Assembly: GCF_035084215.1 (NCBI RefSeq) | Contig: NC_090332.1 | Coordinates: 38,874,001-38,938,000 of the forward strand | Source of the DNA: Heptranchias perlo | Lineage: Eukaryota | Direction: 5' to 3' | Length of the DNA stretch: 64,000 nucleotides | In this document: positions 62,826 through 64,000 of the stretch, in pieces | How positions within the stretch are numbered: the stretch's first letter is position 1 | How the letters are laid out: the number at the start of each line of letters is the position of its first letter | Notes under the pieces: model-generated | Databases searched by the model: none | What the model was told of the DNA's origin: nothing | What the model saw: only the letters and a program-made list of their open reading frames with translations | Made by a program: the position numbers and the translations under genes

Positions 62826-63070
62826 ACACCCTAACCTGACCTTCAGCTTTGATGCTAGGTTAATCGCCTTACGCCTTCTAGTTTTTATTTTATCTGTCGT
62901 GCCTGAAGTACACTTTCTTTCCGCTGCTCTATGCTTTTCCCTTTTACTTGTTCTTGAACAACTGTTTGTACCATTTGTATTGTAAATTTCCCCTGGGTCT
63001 TCCCCTCTCTTGCTGCTCTCAACTTTATTCCCTTCTGACTCCCCGCTCAGGTTCCCATCCCCCTGCCACT

Positions 63071-63571
63071 CTAGTTTAAACCTTCCCCAACAGCACTAGC
63101 AAACACCCCGCGAGGACATTGGTCCAGGTCCTGCTCGGGTGTAACCCGTCCCGCTTGTACAGGTCCCACCTTCCCCAGAACCGGTCCTAATGTCCTAGGA
63201 ATCTAAATCCCTCCCTCCTACACCATCCCTGCAGCCACGCATTCATCCTGTCTATTCTCCTGTTCCTATACTCACTAGCACGTGGCACTGGTAGTAATCC
63301 TGAGATCACTACCTTTGAAGTCCTGCTTTTTAATTTATCTCCTAACTCCTTAAATTCACCTTGCAGGACCTCATCCCTTTTTTTTACCTATGTCGTTGGT
63401 ACCAATATGGACCACGACTACTGGCTGTTCACCCTCCCCCTCCAGAATGCCCTGCAGCCGCTCCGTGACATCCTTGACCCTAGCCCAAGGGAGGCAACAT
63501 ACCATCCTGGAGTCACGTTTGCGGCCGCAGAAATGCCTATCTGTTCCCTTTACAATTGAATCCCCTATCAC
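63071..63571 (-). pseudogene. CR1 ORF1 SGNH esterase domain (partial, frameshifted in an A-run)
   Basis: IGDSIVKG (GDS block I), CLPWARVKDV, VHIGTNDI and RDGLHP. Ends at TTTAAACTAG (heptamer at 63074-63080). Confidence 0.85.
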
Positions 63572-64000
63572 TATAGCCCTGCCACTCTTCTTCCTCCCCT
63601 CCTGTGCAGCAGAGCCACCAATAGTGTTAACCCGTTTAAAACGAATGAGTTAACACTAGTGTAAAAATAACGCGTGAACTTCACCGATCGGAGTTTTTGC
63701 CCTCTCATCTCACAAGTCGCCCAAGGGTGGCGTAGTCGGAGATCCAGAGACCCTCAGGTCATGTAGGGCCCAATGAAACAAGAAAAGGAAGGGAAATGAA
63801 GGAAAAATGAGAAGAGATAGCTGAAAAATAAGGAAAGTAAATGTAATTCAAGCTCGTTAATAAACATTGAGAAAAAAATGCTTTAAGACCAATGTTTAAT
63901 ATCTCTTTATTTTTGCCACAAGGCAATTCTTTTTTATTCTTTCATAGGACATTTTACATAAGACATACAATAAATACAGCAGTAAAAGTATTAATTTAAG

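Larger units (their letters stand above)
59947..63620 (-). mobile_element. CR1 LINE, 5'-truncated within ORF1 (young family 1, copy b)
   Basis: Nearly identical to 12985-16502 in the opposite orientation. Probable TSD GTGTTA at 59941-59946 and 63624-63629. Confidence 0.95.

Noticed and set aside
63622-63658. Hairpin TAGTGTTAAC...GTTAACACTA as a terminator or ncRNA
   Set aside because: Most simply the centre of a small palindromic repeat into which the CR1 inserted. The left arm overlaps the probable TSD.

Overview
Eukaryotic, repeat-dense genomic DNA, most likely from a cartilaginous fish (shark). That assignment is an inference from the mix of CR1 LINEs with an SGNH-esterase ORF1, L2 fragments, a tRNA-headed DeuSINE/SacSINE1-like SINE, Penelope-like elements (PLEs) and many PIF/Harbinger DNA transposons and MITEs. 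I can support no intact host gene. The only host-derived coding sequence is an intronless internal fragment of PTBP1 (about 47778-48110). The window holds two Harbinger elements bounded by terminal inverted repeats (TIRs), each with convergent Myb/SANT-like and DDE-transposase genes (7755-12075 and 24282-38090). The second carries nested LINE, MITE and Penelope insertions. A young CR1 family is present as two inverted, nearly identical copies. Main observations: (1) three CR1 copies from two families carry a T_TTA_AAC slippery heptamer at the ORF1 stop, with the -1 frame running open into ORF2. In the young family there is no ATG before the endonuclease domain, which suggests -1 programmed ribosomal frameshifting to an ORF1-ORF2 fusion. 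(2) Four minimal type I hammerhead ribozymes lie in Penelope pseudo-LTRs (pLTRs), two of them head-to-head in a perfect 90-bp inverted repeat. (3) The PTBP1 retrocopy is truncated at both ends and has no poly(A) tail or target-site duplication (TSD). All boundaries were read by eye, and those of degenerate elements are approximate.
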